From the human T2T-CHM13v2.0 reference genome, Homo sapiens, in NCBI RefSeq assembly GCF_009914755.1, contig NC_060933.1: a stretch of DNA of 64,000 nucleotides. The stretch is one strand, 5' to 3'. The stretch's first letter is position 1, and each line of letters starts with the position of its first letter. The translations under genes and the position numbers were made by a program. The notes under the pieces are model-generated. The model did no database searches. It was not told the origin of the DNA and worked only from the letters and a program-made list of their open reading frames with translations. Below are positions 40,331 through 60,129 of this stretch, piece by piece.

Positions 40331-42609
40331 AGAGATTTCAGGCAGTTGCTTCTTGTATCTTGTACAAAGACTATAAACACTATTTTTAAGAGTTTCCATT
40401 TCCAAAATATTGGAATCAGAATTCCTGATTAATTTTGTAAACAGAACCCTCACTGCAGAATCACGTGCAGAGTGCAGAGTGATTTAACGAATTGGTACAC
40501 TCAGGAGTTACATCCTTTCATTATAGAAAAACAAATAAAATAATTTAATTTTCTAAGAAGAAAAGCTTAAAACAAAGCATTTTTTTCCCTTCTGGTGCTG
40601 TGTCAGCCAAAACAAGGCTCGTTTTTCCTTTTGGGCTTCCTGCCTGTCCCCTGATGCTGAAACCCAAGGTCTCTGACATTTCATTCTCCACTGACATTCA
40701 TTGCACCATCAAGATAATATTTTTTTTCTGGTAAAATTTGGAACACAACTTTCTTCACGTCCTTTTATTATATTTTGAATTTTACTTGTTAATTGGTTAA
40801 CGACTAGTAATTTTCAAAACAACCTGTTGCTTGAATTCAATTATTAACATGAAAAAAATATGGGTCTTTAGAGATATCTGACCTGATTAAAACAGACTTC
40901 TCTCCATGGGATCTGCTTTAATATATACATTAGCGTTACTTTTATTGGGCACATGATTTCATTTCTTTACATATTATTTTAAATGCTTAAGCACTTTGAT
41001 TCACAAAGGCTAAATATTATTTACACAGCGCTGGATTTGGCATTAATTTGTATGATAAACCCTTTGTATAGTGTACCAACTCAAACTCTGTAACAAGTGG
41101 AACCTAGATTATTTCCAAGTTCTGAATTAAGAAATCCAAATTCAGGAGTTTTGCAGACTTGAGCAGCTGTCTTCACCACCTGTGATTCAGATTTGGACAG
41201 TGTTGTACCAGGTGTCAGCATCGATGGTGCCCATATTTATATTCAATGTTGAATGTTCCTCTTTCTGTACCCTACTTTAAAACAAAAGCCCCTAACACAT
41301 TGAAGAAATCAAAGTTTGTCTACTTGCCCTTTCCAAAGACATGGCTCTGCTCACTCAATATCAACTTTGATTTCGAAGCCAATCCAGATATTAAATAGAA
41401 GGAATGTTTGGACATATCTTCTTCATTTGGAATTTCAAATTGATATGCTTTTTGACATGTCAAGTCCTGACACAGACAAATCAACTAGAAAGAGCAGGAG
41501 ATTCTACATTTAGAGGCTTCTGATCTAGTCTGTGGAAGAAATTAAGGATTCTTTATATATTTCCACTCAAAATAGTTCTTTCTGTCTTCCCAATGAAAAT
41601 ATTTTCTATTATTAAATGATTGTAATAGATTAACAATAGTGTAGGGTTGACATCTTTATAATAATGAACCATGATTCCATCCTCTGATTATTCATTATAT
41701 TAATGGGAACCATAATTTTATATTTCCTGATATATTTTCTTTGCCAGGCAATCAGTATTTACCTAACCCTGCATCCCATCTGTCATTATGATCAAGAGAA
41801 TCATGTTTATTACCCAGAAGAGAAGGGACAGCAGACAGAGATATGCTTAGGGGTAAGGAAGTAAGAAATATGATATAGGAAAGGTTGCCATCAGACCAGA
41901 ATGGGATGTCCCCTTAACGCATGGAAGGAAGAGAGAGAAAATTGGAGACTTCCCTGAATCTTTAATAAGTGACCTAGCACCCTATCCTTCTACATCTGGG
42001 CAAAAATGGGTTATAAGGAAAACTCTTTCTAGAAGCCCAGGTGGGCTGAGGGATAGCTTGCCTGCCCCTCCCACCATGCCCCGGCTGGCTGATCAGCAGG
42101 AGCAAAGGAGGTGTCTAGAAAGATGGACCTGAGGTAGCCAACTGGTCACTTGAAGGCACACCTGTTGAGTACAGGTGACCCAGGGGTCCCAAATGCCCTG
42201 GACAGGAGGCGTGAGCTAATGAAGAAACCACTGGATGGTCAGAGGCTTGAGGTTGGGATGTGGAGGCCATAGAGTGTGAGGAGGTCAGTGAGTGGAGAAA
42301 GAAATGTCAGACCTTGGGCTTCAGCATCAGGGGCTGGCAGGAAGTCCAAAAGGAAAAATGAGCCTTGTTTTGGCTGACACAGCACCAGGAGCTTGAGGAA
42401 AAGACCAAACACCACTCAATGGAACCTGTTCTGCCCCAGAGCCCAGACACAGAGCAATCTCCCTGAGGGTGTGCAGACTCCCACTCCACCTGGGCAGGCA
42501 GGAGGGAGGTGAGGAATGACGCTGAGCAATTCAACTTTGCACTTGTCTTACCCAAAGGGCTATTTAGCTGAAAAAGTGATTCGAATCAAACGGATAAGCT
42601 CCGCTTTAA

Positions 42610-42750
42610 TCAATAACAGTGCTGATACTTACTGAGTGTGTGCTGTGTGACAGTCCCTGTTCAGAGTCCTCATGACAACCCCATTTATGGTAGGTGTTAC
42701 TGTTTACCTCCATTTTCCAGACAAGGCAACTGAGGCTCTGAGAGAACCAT
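42610..42750 (-). mobile_element. MIR
   Basis: cctcatgacaacccc...taggtgttactgtttacctccattttccagacaaggcaactgaggctctgaga. Confidence 0.75.
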
Positions 42751-44854
42751 GGAGTGATAAGCAGAGAAGCTGGATGTGCTCGCCATTCCCTGGGCTCTTC
42801 TGGGGACACTTGCTTCTGTCTCTCTATCACGAGGGTAGAGGAGACACCAAACAAGGTGAGCTTGATTGGGCACACCCATGCGAGGAAACACGCTTCTCAC
42901 ACATCTGAGTCATGTGAGTCAATCCTCTACATGGCTTTCCAAGCATAGCCATTTCTTCCCCAACACAGGAACCAGGAGGGATGCCTTGTAGAAACAGAGC
43001 TCCACAGATGCATCACTCTTTTATTTTAGCTAATAATAGAGAACACTTGTACCGTCAAGGTATTGATTGTAGCTTCTAAAAAGCACATAGAACAACAGGT
43101 GCAGGTTAAAATCCCTGCCTACTTTCCTGGTATGTGTGTAAAGGATCCCCTCAATGTCCAAGCTATGGCCTTCCTCACCCAGCCCTCACCAAGTGGAGTG
43201 GCTATGGCCTTCTATGCAGGTCATGTGAAAAAAGGTTGACCCCATTCCCCCACCATGGCTCTTGGTCAAGAAACAAACAAGCCCTCTGTGAAACAATGTA
43301 CTCTGGAAGCTGGTGAATGGTAGCATATTCCATCAGGCTGGGCATGAGCAATTACTGGGAAGCCCAGCTGCAGAGCTGAACTTAGGGCTCCTGCCACGGG
43401 TGTGAGCCCTTAGCTGCAGGATCATGAGCCAAGTCTGTCTCCCAAGCATGGGCTGCAGCCCCTGAACCTTGCCTGAAGCTCTGTGCCAGCATCTCCCCAT
43501 CCAGGAGCTGCTCCACTGCCAGGTCAGCCCTTGAGGCCTGTATCCAGCACCAAGAAGGCCCCTCCCATGGCCCCATCCTTCCCTTTCCTCCAGAGGCCAC
43601 CTGGACTCATCTCTCTTCTCTGCTGTCTCATCAACTATGAGTAAATAATGATCCCCCAATCATATCTGATACTTAGTAAGTGTTGCTGTCTTTGAAGTTG
43701 TCAACCTTGAGTTCAGACTCTTATTTTAAGAATGCAGTGACTTGCCCAAGTTTCTTTTGGAATTCCATAACAGAACCTGAGTCTTCTTCCTTTGGGTCAT
43801 GCAGTCGTGGTTCACTCATCTATGACTTTCAAGGAGACTCTAATTTTTAGAAATGGGACTCACCACTTCGTGGAGGCAGGAATTGTGGCAAGAGGAGCCA
43901 CTGGGACCAGGAGAGATGCCTTGGGAAACAGCGTTCTTATCTCCTGTCTATATTCTGTGGACCTCCCAATGTGAAACTCTTTGTTTTCTGCATTCTGACT
44001 CTATGTGCTGTAATTCAGAACCATCTTCATGTTGTTATGATACTGCATTGACTACGTGAATGGAGACAAAAAATGTCTACAGAGCTATCAACAAAGACAC
44101 ATCACTGGTAAGACTGCCAGCCTTACGAGGGCTGACCCAGACCTGCACACATTGGGCCTTGCATATTGTCAGAGGCAGCGCTGAACCTTGTCTTCCCACA
44201 AGGAGCTGGGAAGCTTCCCACAAGGTGTGGTAGACCAGCTGGGGAGGGTGTGAATGTCTCTTCCAGAGACTCACAAAGGCAAGCTCAAGATCTGAGGTGA
44301 GGAGGATGAGGAGGCGTGGTACAGTGCCTCCCACAGGCTTGGACTCAGCCATTTTAATGGCGTCCTCAAGTGTAATGTGCGATGCTGCAGTGATGCACGG
44401 GCTTGCCAGGGAGCAGTATGTCCCCACGTGAGTCAGTTTTTTGGGAGGAATGTCTGTGTCATCCATCATTGAAAAAGCCTCCTTCAATGAGTGCCCTAGG
44501 GGTCAAGTGCAAGAGCTTTTTAAGGATTCTTGTCAAGCTGGTCTAGCTGCTCTGAAACATCTTCGGATGCCCAGGCAGCTGGAGGTGTCACACCAGGCTC
44601 ACCATTTGCAAGACGCCTCAGGATTTTGCTCAGACACCCTCAGGAGACACTCCAGGAGGAAGTCTGCCAGCTGCCATGTTGTTGGCACAATGTGCATTGG
44701 GGCATGAAGCTGAGAAGCCGAGGGTCACGCGGGCATTCCTTTGGTGCCGAAGCATGCCCTGCAGCCTCTTCATCCAGGTGTGGCACTCAGCTGGCCACAC
44801 AGACGGGGCTGAGCCTGCTTACATAACTGCCCAGGAGCACTCGCAGGTCCTACA

Positions 44855-45020
44855 GGAACTTGGACTCCAGACTCCGTAATTCTGGCTCACTCATGCAATG
44901 TATTGAAGCCTTTAGTTTTCTCATCTATAAACTGAAAACAGGAAAACCCATAAGGCATGTGCTGTTATGAGATTGAATGAGATAGTATATGCAAGGTCCT
45001 CCTGCATCAGAAGCACTTAC
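44855..45020 (+). mobile_element. MIR fragment
   Basis: agcctttagttttctcatctataaactg...gctgttatgagattgaatgagatagtatatgcaag. Confidence 0.7.
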
Positions 45021-45339
45021 CATATGGACGGGTTTGAAGGCCATGGAAAAGTGTGTGGTGTGGGCAGATCCAGAAGCACCTGTGCATCGGCAGGACGTGA
45101 ATGATGTGTTCAGGTTTCTCACACCCACATTGCCTTAGTGATGACTGAAAAGAAGAATGGGTACCCATTGTCATCAAGGACAGCTTTGAGGCCTAAGCAA
45201 AGACAAGCAGCCTTCAGTCCCCTTTTGTGCATGACAGCTTGCATTGCCCAAACAACGAGTGATTTTTTTTAATTTGACATTTATTTTCATACTACATTCA
45301 GGGAGGAACAGTTAGAAAGTGATAGAATTTTTCTTGAAG

Positions 45340-51670
<6,331 letters not shown>

Positions 51671-51673
51671 TCC

Positions 51674-52206
51674 TGATGGTTGGTTTCATGTGCCAACTTG
51701 ACTGGGCCATGTAGTACCCAGATATTTGGTCAAACCTTATTCTGGGTGTCTCAGTGAGGGTGCTTTTGGATGGGATTAATGTTTACATTGGTAGGCTGAA
51801 TAAAGCAAAGCACATGGCACTCCCCCATGTGGGTGGGCTCATTTAAGTCTTTGAAGGCCTAAATAAAACAAAATGTCTGGCCTCCCAGAGGCTTCTCTAA
51901 AAACTCTTCAGATGACTGCTTTTGGAAACTTTCTTGCCTGACCACCTTCAAAGTGGGACATTGGTTTTATTTCCTTCTTTGGACTTGAATTGAAACATTG
52001 GTTCTTCCTAGATCTTGGGCCTGCTCGCCTTCAGACTGGAACCACACCACCAGCTCTCCTGGGTCTCTAGCCTGCTGACTCACCCTGCAGCTCATGGGAC
52101 TTGTCAGTCTCCATAATCGGGTGAGCCAATTCCTTATAATAAATTTCTTTCTGTAAAGCTATATGCACCCTGCTGGTTCAATTTCACTGGAGACCCCTAA
52201 TATACA
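51674..52206 (+). mobile_element. MLT2 (ERVL) solo LTR
   Basis: tgatggttggtttcatgtgccaacttgactgggcc ... gtgagccaattccttataataaa ... ggagacccctaatataca. Confidence 0.88.
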
Positions 52207-52462
52207 ATCTATTTTTGGTTCATTTTGGGTCATTTCAGCTGTGAAGGAATGTAGAGATGGAGGAGAGAGTCCCACTGTGTGGTGCCCTGGGCTTTCTGCC
52301 AGACAACAAACAGGGCCCAGTACCAAAGCAAACCAAAGACATGTGGACCTCAGACTGCATCTGAGTGTCCTTGCCAGAGTATACAAGCTTCTGGGTGGCT
52401 ACCTCCTAAATTTTCAATATTGCCCAAGTTCACCAAGTACTTGTATGAACTTCATGTCCTGA

Positions 52463-52768
<306 letters not shown>

Positions 52769-54067
52769 ACTTTAACAGAGTTACATAATGATTGGAAATC
52801 TGTGAAATGCAAAACTTTTACCAACTATTTCACTAAATAAATGCAGCATGCTAAGATGTTTTTGTTCTTGATTTCTTTTTTATTGTGATTTTAATTTTTT
52901 TTTTGTGGAGAGTTTAGAAAATGCACAGGGATATAGAAAAGGAAGTCTGTAAATAGCTGCCATCTCAGTGCCCACAGGTGTAGGATGAGTGTGTGATACT
53001 TAGGGACCCAGTGCTTTCCCTCTGCATGGTGGACAGTGGCCCCTTGGGGCATCTATTTGCAGGATCCATGTGCAGGAAGGTTTGGATTTGGCTGAGAGAG
53101 GAGTTCAGGCTGGGCCCTGTTGGGGATGGGAAAGGATGGTGGGATGGGCCTCCCTCTACCCTGCCCCACAAGGACCAGAGAGACTAGCAGCCCTCTTTTT
53201 GGACACTCTCAAGGGTGGCATTGGGGCAGCAGTGCAGGGCCTGGGACCTGTGGGTTCCAGTTCCAGGGGACATCTGAGCACTTCCTGGCCACACACAAAA
53301 ACAACGGGGGAAGTGAGACAGTGGGGATCCAGATGGCTCCTCAGGAGGTAGCGGCCCAGAGCTGCCATAACAGAGGTGCAAAGAGAGCCCCTGCAAGCTC
53401 ACTTCTGCTCCCAGGCTGGTGAGACTGAAAACATTGAGGGAGGATGACATTCAGGCCTTCGTTCCTTTCATAGATGCAAAATTGTTACTGTTCTCTTACA
53501 AAATTGGGACACTTCATATGCAGTTTTGTATCCTTTCTCTTTTTGGGGGGGGTTCATAGTTTCATTTTTATACTTTTTCTTATGTTATAAAGTTTCTATA
53601 ATAAGCATGCATTGCTTTTAAAATCAGAAAAAGTCATGTGATTAATTAAAACAGGATGTAGATCAGTCACTGAGCAATTCTGTCTGCCTAGCAACCTCAG
53701 CTGGCAGCCTGTGGGCGGTGGTGTAGGGGGCAGCAAGAGACAAGTGGGCGGGCGGCCGGGGAGTGGACAGCACAGGGATGCAGGACAGCAATGTCTCATA
53801 GCTTCAGAATCCCTGCAGCAGATACCTTTCATGTGGTTTTATTGTCTTTAAGTAGAACTGTAGGTTTTATCTTATTTTTTCTCCAAATTCATGCAAGGCT
53901 ATGAACTGAGAAAGCTGGTATGGAAGGTTGCAAGTTGCTGTTAGTGTCATGGAGGTAAAATCTTCATCAGCCCAGCTGAGCATGTCCTGAAAAAAAAACC
54001 AGCAAACAACCAGGCCTGGTTTCTACAGTCTGCAAACTACTATTGTTGAGAGCTTACCACTCCACAT

Positions 54068-54497
54068 ATTTTTTCCCAGCTTTATTGAGGTATAGTTAGC
54101 ATACACAATAGTATAAATTTAAGGCATACAATGCGATGATTTCATATATGTATATATCGTGGAATGACGACCACAATCAAGTTAGTTAAGACCTTCATCG
54201 CTTTACATAGTTACCCTTTGTGTGTGTGTTTTGTATGTGTGTGCACATCTGTGGTGAGAACATTTAACATAAGTTTGACAGAGAAAGACAAGTACTGCAT
54301 GATCTCATTTTTATGTGGCGTGTAAAAAAGCCCAACTCTTGCAAGCAGAATGGTGGTTGACCCGGGGCTGGGGTGGGGGAAATGGGGACATGTTGGTCAA
54401 AGGGTGCAAACTCTCAGCATGAGATGAGTAAGTTCTGGGTTACTAATGTACAGCATGGTGACTGCAGTTAACAATACTGTATTGTATACTTGAAATT
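54068..54497 (-). mobile_element. L1MA9/L1MB-like 3' end with inverted 5' segment
   Basis: 54068-54270 is the antisense extreme 3' end; 54277-54497 is the adjacent upstream L1 segment in sense orientation. Confidence 0.8.
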
Positions 54498-54828
54498 CCC
54501 TTATATTCGTTTGAAAGGTCTGTTCTTACGCAGAGGCCAGCTGAAGTCAGTAAATTCCATTCAGCAATATAGGTAGCAGCTGCCCCCTGAAGACGTCACT
54601 GGCCGAGTTCATCAGCACCATGGGGAGTGCCCTGTGGATTTCCAGAGCCCAGCCTCCCTCCGTGTCTCTGGTCTTGCCATCCTGCCGCCTCTGCAGGCTC
54701 CAGCTCTCTGGGCTGGGGTTGGATAGGCACAGAGACTCTAGGCCACACTAAGAGCTGTGTGCCCCTCCTATGTCCATGTGCAGTTTTTATTGTCTTCATC
54801 GAGTTATTCCTCACACAAATCCTTTACA

Positions 54829-55016
54829 GCAGTGATTCTTAGATTGGTTTAATTTTTTAGATCACTCATCTCTTTGAAAATCTGATGAGTCATGAATGCT
54901 TTTTTCAAGGAAAGAGAATGTATGTGAGCCGTGCACACGTAGAATCTGACATACCATTTTGGGAGGGCTCATGCACCCTTAGAAGCCCATCTGTAAACTG
55001 TATGTCAAGAATCCAT
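54829..55016. mobile_element. hAT MITE (MER103C-like)
   Basis: cagtgattctta...tttgaaaatctgatga...gaagcccatc...tcaagaatcc resembles the recalled consensus. Confidence 0.55.
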
Positions 55017-55344
55017 GGTCCCAGATGAAATACTGTGCAGTAGAGTCACCATGGCTCCCAGGGGCGACAGGGCCTGAGTAGACCTGATGTGACCCACTCA
55101 TCTCCCTACTTGTTCATGGAAGACTCAGCCTCTAGGTTCAAAGAATCTCTTTCCTTTACTTCCACTGTCTTCCTGTGAGCACCACTCACACGGCTGACCC
55201 TTCTTGTCCCCCAGTTCCTGATGTCCACTCCTCCATGACCCTTCACCTTTTGCTCCCTCCACACCCTCCCATGGCTCACAGGCTCACCCCTCCAGCATGC
55301 AGGGGGACACCTACATGAAAAAGGAAACACCTCACTTCAAAAGA

Positions 55345-55712
55345 AACCCATGAGCAGTTCCTCCCCACTTCCCACTTCCTCCTAGCCCTTGGCAACCACT
55401 GGTTCTGTCTCTATGTATTTGCCTATTCCAAATACTTCACATAAAATTTTGCATGTTTTATACAATTTATGGCCTTTTGTGTCTGGCTTATTTAGCATAA
55501 TGTTTTTAAGGCTCATCTACGTCATGGCATGTGTCAAAAAATTCCTTTTTATGGCAGAATAAGATTACATTTTCTTTGCCTATTCATTCATTGAAGGACA
55601 TCTGAATTGTTTTCAGTTTTGGGGCTATGATGAATAATGCTGCTATAAGCATGTATATGCAAGTTTTCATGTGGACATAGATCTTCCATTCCCTTGGTAT
55701 ATACCTAGGATG
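55345..55712 (-). mobile_element. L1MB/ME-like 3' fragment
   Basis: agcccttggcaaccact...ggccttttgtgtctggctt...ttggtatatacctagga. Confidence 0.75.
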
Positions 55713-56409
55713 AATTTTCATCCTTTCTTGCATTGAAGTATTTTGCCATATTTATGTAATCATTCTTCTACTATACTTAACCATTCTTTCATTATTGGAC
55801 ATTTATTGGACATTCTCTCATTATTGGTCATAATTTTCTTATCAGAAATGAGGGAGCTGGACCAGTTCAACTCTAAGTTCTCTCCCAGTTTTAAAGCCTG
55901 GACTCAGGGAGCCTCCCAAGCTCCACTGTTTAGCCCGTGGCCCCCAGCTCATCTCGGCATGTGTATCTCCTGCTGTACCGAACGGCCCATGAGGGGAAAG
56001 CAGGTGCTTATTTCACAGAAAGGCCACCCTGGTTACCAGCTACCATGTTTCATGCTCAGTGCTTTTCACAAGTTAAAATGGTCTGGAGATAGGAATTCCT
56101 TCTGACAGCTCTAGGATCTGCCATCAAAAAAGCCTTGCCAGCCTGAGTGATGTCCCCACCTTGGTTGGGAGGGGTGGTGACAGCCACTGGGAGCCAATCT
56201 TTGTGATGAGTTCATTTGTGCCCAATGAATGAAAATCAAGATGCCATGCAGAGCCCAGTCCGAAGCCTTGGTTGCACTGTTGATTACCTCGGTACCAGCC
56301 GCTGCCAGGAATCTAGTGCTGGGGACGGGGGAACAAATGAATCACCAATGAGTGCTGTAACTCTTGTAAAGCAAACCTACAAACACATAGGCACAAAGAA
56401 GAGCTGCAC

Positions 56410-56821
56410 TATTATGGGATGAATTGTGCCACCCCAAACTCCTATGTTGGAGTCCTGACCCCCATTCCCTCAGAATGTGGCCATGTTTGGAAATAGGCTC
56501 TTTTAAAAGATAATTAAATTAAACCACGGCCATAGTATGGGTCCTAATGTAATATAACGTGTTTTTACAAGAAGGAAATGTTTACACAAAAACACACACC
56601 AAGAGAAGACAATGTGGGGATGCCAGGAGAAGCTGCCAGCTACAAGCCCAGGGGAGCGGCCTGGAGCAGCGTCCCCCTCACAGCCTCAGAAGGAACCGAC
56701 CCTGCCCACTGATACCTTTATCTCGGACTTCCGGCTTCCAGGACTGGAAGAAATGAATTTCCGTTGTTCAAGCCACTGAGTCCGAGGTACTTCATTCCAG
56801 CAGCTCCAGCAAGCAACTATA
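56410..56821 (+). mobile_element. MLT1B-like MaLR solo LTR
   Basis: tgaattgtgccacccc...cctcagaatgtggccatgtttggaaatagg...ccctcacagcctcagaaggaacc. Confidence 0.82.
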
Positions 56822-57351
56822 GGTACAAAAACCATTCTGAGCTTAAAAGACAACCGAAAAAAATAAGTAGCCTTGTGTGTATTTCTAAAACTTAACTTAG
56901 AAAATGAGATAATAGCACGAGATTCTCTACCATTCTTAGGAGCCCTTTTTATTTTTAAAACCCATTCTGGTAAGATGTTAACATAAATCCTGTCCAAGAA
57001 ATGCGAGCCCTGCTGCAGCCTCAAGGAATAATTCAAATCCCAAAGAGCCTTGATGTCTGACAGCTGTGGCTTGTTCTCCACCTCAGCCTTTCACCAGCCT
57101 CCCCCAGGAAGGTCACTCCAAGTCCCTGTGGATCCATTGCACACTGTTCCCTATCGAAGGTCTTCCAAACTATTACATCTCCATTAGGAAAACTGAAAAA
57201 TACATGTTAAAGAAAAGATGAAAATCTCCAATAATCCTAACCTCTTAAGAAAAGTATTGTATCTATCACTTATATGTTATAGATATATATGACTTATTCT
57301 AAAAATGATTTGTGATTTCAAAAGTAACGCATTTTTATTGGAGATGATTCT

Positions 57352-59035
57352 CTTTTTCTCAACTTTTATTTTAGATTTAGAGAGTACTTGTTCAGGGTTG
57401 TTACCTGAGTACATTGTGTGATGCTGGTTTGGAGTACAAATGAACTCATCACCCGGATACTGAGCATAGTACCCAATAATTTTTCAAACTTTGCTTCCCC
57501 TCCCTCTCCCTCTAGTGTCTATTGTTCTCATCTTATTTTGTTGTTGTTGTTGTTTTGGTTTTGCTTTTTTGAGACACAGGGTCTCACTCTGCCACCCAGG
57601 CTGGAGTGCAGTGGTGCAATCTGGGCTCACTGCAACCTCTGCCTCCTGAGTTCAAGCAATTCTCCCTGCCTCAGCCTCCCAAGTAGCTGGGATTACAGGT
57701 GCGCACCACAACGCCCAGCTAATTTTTGTATTTTTATTAGAGACGTGGTTGGCCAGGCTGGTCTCGAACTCCTGACCTCAGATGACCTGCCCGCCTCGGC
57801 TTCCCAAAGTGCTGGGATTACAGTTGTGAGCTACCATGCCCAGCCGATTGTTCTCATCTTTACGTCTGTGAGTACCCATTGTTTAGCTCCCGTTTATAAG
57901 TGAGAAGATGTGGTATTTGGTTTTCTGTTCCTGTGTCAATTCACTTAAGATAATGGCCTCCAGCTGCATCTGTGTTGCTGCAAAGGACATGATTTCGTTC
58001 TTACTTATGGCCTCATAGGATTCCACGGTGTATATGTACTACATCTTCTTTATTCAATCCACCACTGATGGGCACCTAGGCTTACTCTATGTCTTTGTTA
58101 TTGTGAATAGTACTGCGATGAACATGTGAGTGCATGGGTCTTTTTGGTAGAATGACGTTTTCTTTACAAATGCTGTTTTTAAGATTTTGAGAAATCTCCA
58201 AACTTCTTTCCACAGCAGCTGAACTAATTTACATTTCTACTATCAGCGTATAATCATTCTCTTTTCTCTGCAGCTTCACCAGCATCTGTTGCATTTTGAC
58301 TTTTTAATAGTAGCCATTCTGATTGGTGTGAGACGGTATCTCAGTGGAGTTTTTATTTTCATATCTCTGATGATTAGTGATGTTGAACACTTTTTCATAC
58401 GTTTGTTGGTTGCTTGTGTGTCTTCTTTTGAGAGGTATCTGCTTGTGTCTTTTTTCCATTTTTAAATGGAGTTATTTGTTTTTTGCTTGTCCAATTGTTA
58501 AGTTCCTTATAGAGTCTAGATATTAAACCGTTGTCACATGTGTAGTTTGAGAATATTTTCTTTTATTCTGTAGATTTTCTGTTTATTCTGTTGATCATTT
58601 CTTTTGCTGTCCAGAAACTCTTTAGTTTAATTAGATTCCACTTACCAATTTTTGGTTTTGTTGCAGTTGCTTTTGATGACTTAGTTATACATCCTTTCCC
58701 AAGGCCAATGTCTAGAATGATGTTTCCTAGGTTTTCTTCTAGAATTCCTAGAGTTTGGGGTCCTACATTTAATTATTAAATGAGTCTTGAGCTAATTTTT
58801 GTATGTGGTGAAAGGTAGGTGTCTGGTTTTGTTCTTCTGCATATGGCTAGCCAATTATCCCAGCATCATTTATTGACTAGGGAGTCCTTTCCCCATTGCT
58901 TATTTTTGTTGACTTTGTCAAATATTGGATGGCTGTAGGTGTCCAGCTTTATTTCTGTGTTCTCTGTTCTGTTCCACTGGTCTGTGTGTCTGTTTTTGTA
59001 CCAGTACCATGCTGTTTTTGGTTACTATAGCCTTA
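57352..59035 (-). mobile_element. 5'-truncated L1PA15/16-like LINE-1, interrupted by an Alu
   Basis: aacttttattttagat...ctgagcatagtacccaata; gatgtggtatttggttttctgttcctg; gtaccagtaccatgctgtttt. Confidence 0.88.
57535..57846 (-). mobile_element. Alu SINE (AluS-like), TSD attgttctcatctt
   Basis: Dimeric Alu; TSD at 57521-57534 and from about 57848. Confidence 0.95.
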
Positions 59036-59039
59036 TATT

Positions 59040-59680
59040 AATATTAGCCACAAATAATTGAAGGATAAAACTTTAATAATAATACTATTTATAAAAGTGT
59101 CAGAAAACAATCAAATATCTAGAAATAAATTTACCAAACTATGCACAGGACCATTACACAACTATAGAATATGATCAAGAGCAATTAAAGAAGATCAAAA
59201 TAAATGCAAGTTAAGATCATGTTTGGGGATGGAAGTCAGAAAATGGCTAAGACTTGATTGAGATTCAGTCTAATCAGAATAAAAATTATAGTAGGTGTTT
59301 TGGGGGAATTTGACAAGTTGATTTTAAAATTAATATAAAATGCAGAGTCAATGATAGCAAAGGCGATCCTACTGCTGTATACACATGGATAAATCCCACA
59401 AGTATGATGCCAAGGGAAAGAAGCCAGCTACAAGAATCCACCCTGTATCATCTCATTTCATAAACACTGAAAAACAAGTGAGACCAATTTATTTTAATGA
59501 AAATCAAAACAGTGGTTATCTTTATGGTTGTAATATTTGAGGGGGGTGCTAGGGAGTTTTCTGTGGTGTTAGAAATGGCTACATCTTGATCTGAGGGTGT
59601 TCATTTTATACAGACTCAATTTGGCTGAATACTCATGATTTGTGTATGTGGGTATGCATGTTGTACTATGATAAAATCTG
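59040..59680 (+). mobile_element. Decayed L1ME fragments
   Basis: aatatctagaaataaattt; tgacaagttgattttaaaatt; ggataaatcccacaag. Confidence 0.6.
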
Positions 59681-59797
59681 TGTAGAGTTAAGACTTTGGT
59701 CTCTCTTAATCCAACAATACCTTGGCTTAAATTTGTTGAGTATATTTGATATCTAACGATTTTGACAAAGCTGTATGGGAAATATACAACAGGAAAT

Positions 59798-59996
59798 TTT
59801 GTCTTACAAGTCATAAATAAATATAGTTTAAGTCTCTGATTTATTAGGTAGGCAAATTAAAACAAATATCATCACAAGGATTACAACAGCCAAACGGAAG
59901 GCTAGATCAAAGTGGAAAAGCAAAGTAGTTGCACAATATTTTCACCCCTTTTGGCCAATTTGCTGGCATTTGCTCTGCCTAACAGGGTAAAACTCA
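59798..59996 (+). repeat. 199 bp local duplication, copy 1
   Basis: 185/199 identical to 60431-60629, ungapped. Confidence 0.95.
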
Positions 59997-60129
59997 TTCT
60001 CTCCCATTATTTATTTGTTTTAAGACTAGAGGGAAAAAACATCAAGAAATAATTTTACTTCCAGTTTCTCAGAAGCAAGGGTATGTGACTTTAACTGAAA
60101 TTGTAACTTTTTAACTAAGAAGCTACAGG

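Noticed and set aside
44077-44879. Overlapping ORFs up to 136 aa in unique GC-richer DNA
   Set aside because: No recognisable domain, no clear exon structure, and lengths compatible with chance.
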